Shown piece by piece: positions 35,745 through 37,757 of a DNA stretch of 37,757 nt. Under the pieces are notes generated by a model. That model saw only the letters and a list, made by a program, of their open reading frames with translations. It was not told the origin of the DNA and did not search any database. Where the stretch lies: IMG/VR virus record IMGVR_UViG_3300035018_000012, positions 1 through 37,757 of that record. The stretch is one strand, 5' to 3'. How positions within the stretch are numbered: the first letter of the stretch is position 1; each line of letters begins with the position of its first letter. The translations under genes and the position numbers were made by a program. The stretch comes from a virus. Taxonomy: Duplodnaviria; Caudoviricetes.

Positions 35745-36430
35745 TGCCCGACATGGTGAGCATAGGCCCGCACCGCCTGTATCTGGGCGATGCCTACATC
35801 ATCCGGCCCACCCTGGGCTGGATGGATGCGGATGTCATGGATCCGCCTTACCAATTTCGTGCCCAGGGCGGCGGTGCATACCGAAACGCTCGCAGTGGCG
35901 GGATGGATCAGATCGTATCCGAAGAGCTGCACAAGGGCTTCGAATTCTCGATCATCAACCCGCTGCTCTGCGGCTCGGCTGTCGTCTTTTGTCATAACGA
36001 CCAGCTGGCCAAGCTACTCCCGTTCGTCGACGGTAACTTTGAGCGCTATGCCCTATGTGTCTGGCAAAAGAAGAATCCGCAGCCATTTGCAAACAAGCAC
36101 TATCGGCCAGACGTCGAATTCTATGTGCATTGCTGGTCGCGCGGGTATCACCCGCAGGGAGGCCTCTCAGAAAAGGCACGCACGGTCGACGCATATTCAG
36201 TGCGGGGCAAAGCGAAACGTGGCCATCCCACCGTTAAGCCCGATGCTGTTATGGACAAGATTGTCCGCAACGTCGCGGGCAGCACTGTTTGCGACCCCTT
36301 CATGGGCACAGGCTCGACCGGAGTTGCCGCGATCAAGGCCGGGCTAATTTTTACCGGCATTGAGCACAACCCCGCGCATTTTGAGACCGCCGTCGCTCGC
36401 CTGCACGAAGCGCATGAGGCCGCACGGTGA
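35744..36430 (+). CDS. Beta-class amino (N6-adenine/N4-cytosine) DNA methyltransferase
   Basis: DPPY precedes HPTVKP and DPFMGTGSTG. Confidence 0.9.
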   Translation: MPDMVSIGPHRLYLGDAYIIRPTLGWMDADVMDPPYQFRAQGGGAYRNARSGGMDQIVSEELHKGFEFSIINPLLCGSAVVFCHNDQLAKLLPFVDGNFERYALCVWQKKNPQPFANKHYRPDVEFYVHCWSRGYHPQGGLSEKARTVDAYSVRGKAKRGHPTVKPDAVMDKIVRNVAGSTVCDPFMGTGSTGVAAIKAGLIFTGIEHNPAHFETAVARLHEAHEAAR

Positions 36431-36660
36431 GCCCGAAAAGTGCCTATGTTCCAAGCCGCTTGCTCAGCGAATTGGAAGCTGCCCGCTATTGCGGTGTCAG
36501 CCGATCAACCTTTCGCAAGCGCTGGCAGGAAGGCACTGCACCAGCCCCCCTGCGCAACGGCCGACGAATTCTTTGGGACTTGCGACGACTCGACATGCAT
36601 ATTGATGCTCTTTCCGGATTCGGGGGCGAAGGGCAGGGCAGTTCGTGGGACGATGTGTGA
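36427..36660 (+). CDS. xis: Excisionase/AlpA-like HTH protein
   Basis: LLSELEAARYCGVSRSTF...PAP...RILWD; directly upstream of and overlapping int. Confidence 0.8.
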   Translation: MSPKSAYVPSRLLSELEAARYCGVSRSTFRKRWQEGTAPAPLRNGRRILWDLRRLDMHIDALSGFGGEGQGSSWDDV

Positions 36661-37757
36661 TACCTGGCGTCTGTGAAAAGAACGGCTCGTTCTACCGGCG
36701 CTTCAAGGTGCGCCATGGTGACCGCTGGAAAGACCTGTACGTCCGGCTTCCAAAGCCGACCGAACCCGGCTTTGCGGAAGAGCTCGAGCGGATCAACGCC
36801 GCTCACAAAGGTGGCGGTCGCGCAGGTGCCGCGCCCGGCTCGATAGCAGCACTGGCCGTCGAATTCCGCGCTGCACTCGCAAATGGCTGGACCCGTAAGA
36901 CCCGAAAGAAAGGCAGTAGACCGCTCGCCGACAACACGATCCGCAATTATCTGCGGTATGTCGCAATGATCGAAGCTGAGCATGGCCACCGTCAGGTACG
37001 CGATCTACGACCCGCGCACATCTATCGAATCCGCGACGGCATGGGTGTGACGCCAGGCAAGGCCAACAATTACCTCAACGTCCTCAAGCTCATGATGGTG
37101 TTCGCCTGTCAACGCGATTGGCGAGACACCAATCCAGCGCAGGAAGTCCCGCTCCTTCCGATCGGCGAGCACGAGCCCTGGCCTCAGATCGTTTTGCAGC
37201 AGGCACTGCACCAGGCCAGCCCGATGCTGCGCCTGGCGATCGTCACCGGGCTTTGCTCGGGTCAGCGCGTAAGCGATTGCATCCGAATCCAGCATGGATG
37301 GCTGAAGGGCGGGATGATGCAACTCGCGCAGGTCAAAACCGATGTCGACGTCGCCGTACCAATCCATCCGCTTTGGCGGCAGGAAATCGCAAAGGTCGAA
37401 CGTCGAGCAGTCACGATATTGTACGATCGCGCGGGAAGGCCATTCCAATCAGAGGACCGCATCCAAGAGCGGATTCGCAGACTGATGCATGACATGGGCC
37501 AGGTCGACGAACGCGGCCAGCTGCTCTACACTTTCCACGGGCTGCGGAAGAACGCCTGTTGCTATCTGCTGGAGCTGGGCTTGAGCGACACGGTGGTGGG
37601 CGCGATCCTCGGCATGACGCCCGAAACGGTCCGCCATTACGGCAAGCGAGCACGCACGCTGATGCTCGCCGAAACAGCCGCGGCTAAAATGGCATGTGGG
37701 AAACCGCTGCCAGATATGTGGGAAAAGAACAAACCCGCTACGAAAAAACCACTATAA
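36657..37757 (+). CDS. int: Tyrosine recombinase/integrase
   Basis: GQRVSD (R), QVKT (K), FHGLRK (HxxR), RHYG (Y); GTG start overlapping the xis stop. Confidence 0.93.
   Translation: MIPGVCEKNGSFYRRFKVRHGDRWKDLYVRLPKPTEPGFAEELERINAAHKGGGRAGAAPGSIAALAVEFRAALANGWTRKTRKKGSRPLADNTIRNYLRYVAMIEAEHGHRQVRDLRPAHIYRIRDGMGVTPGKANNYLNVLKLMMVFACQRDWRDTNPAQEVPLLPIGEHEPWPQIVLQQALHQASPMLRLAIVTGLCSGQRVSDCIRIQHGWLKGGMMQLAQVKTDVDVAVPIHPLWRQEIAKVERRAVTILYDRAGRPFQSEDRIQERIRRLMHDMGQVDERGQLLYTFHGLRKNACCYLLELGLSDTVVGAILGMTPETVRHYGKRARTLMLAETAAAKMACGKPLPDMWEKNKPATKKPL
37694..37725 (+). repeat. 10-bp direct repeat ATGTGGGAAA x2, candidate integrase arm-type sites
   Basis: Exact copies at 37694-37703 and 37716-37725 in the 3' end of int. 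Confidence 0.5.

Larger units (their letters stand above)
1..37757. mobile_element. P2-like temperate phage/prophage, near-complete genome
   Basis: Full P2-type head, tail and baseplate gene set plus lysis, repressor, replication, xis and int genes. The att core and cos are not identified inside the window. Confidence 0.95.

Noticed and set aside
1-37757. CRISPR array, tRNA or rRNA genes, IS elements; frequent GATC/CGATCG words
   Set aside because: No arrays, RNA genes or transposases were seen. The word frequency is plausibly host-like codon usage (ATC GAC, ATC GCC) and was not quantified.

Overview
The window is an essentially complete P2-like (Peduovirus-type, contractile-tailed) temperate phage or prophage of high GC content. 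An alphaproteobacterial host, probably a sphingomonad, is inferred. Left to right it carries a D12-class adenine methyltransferase, the head and packaging genes Q, P, O, N, M, L, then X, a lysis cassette (holin-like proteins, DUF3380 muramidase, overlapping spanins), tail completion genes R and S, baseplate/fibre genes J, I, H and a fibre chaperone, a 969-aa tailspike-like protein, V and W, and FI, FII, E/E' (-1 frameshift), T, U, D. A leftward cI operon follows with three cargo genes (membrane-anchored protein, exported SNase-like nuclease, membrane protein). Next come a lambdoid cI/cro switch, cII-like and ogr genes, a primase-helicase in place of P2 gpA, a DUF5131/methyltransferase cluster, xis and a tyrosine integrase. 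The most notable non-coding signals are (1) a ~200-nt nested multi-helix RNA-like element between the major capsid and terminase M genes, (2) a perfect alphaproteobacterial LexA box and hairpin-rich leader before the adenine methyltransferase, (3) three 21-bp Ogr-type late-promoter dyads with N13 spacing, (4) three operator-like sites at 24-bp spacing between cI and cro, and (5) arm-like direct repeats at the end of int. All calls come from reading motifs and base pairing by eye; no searches or folding programs were run.
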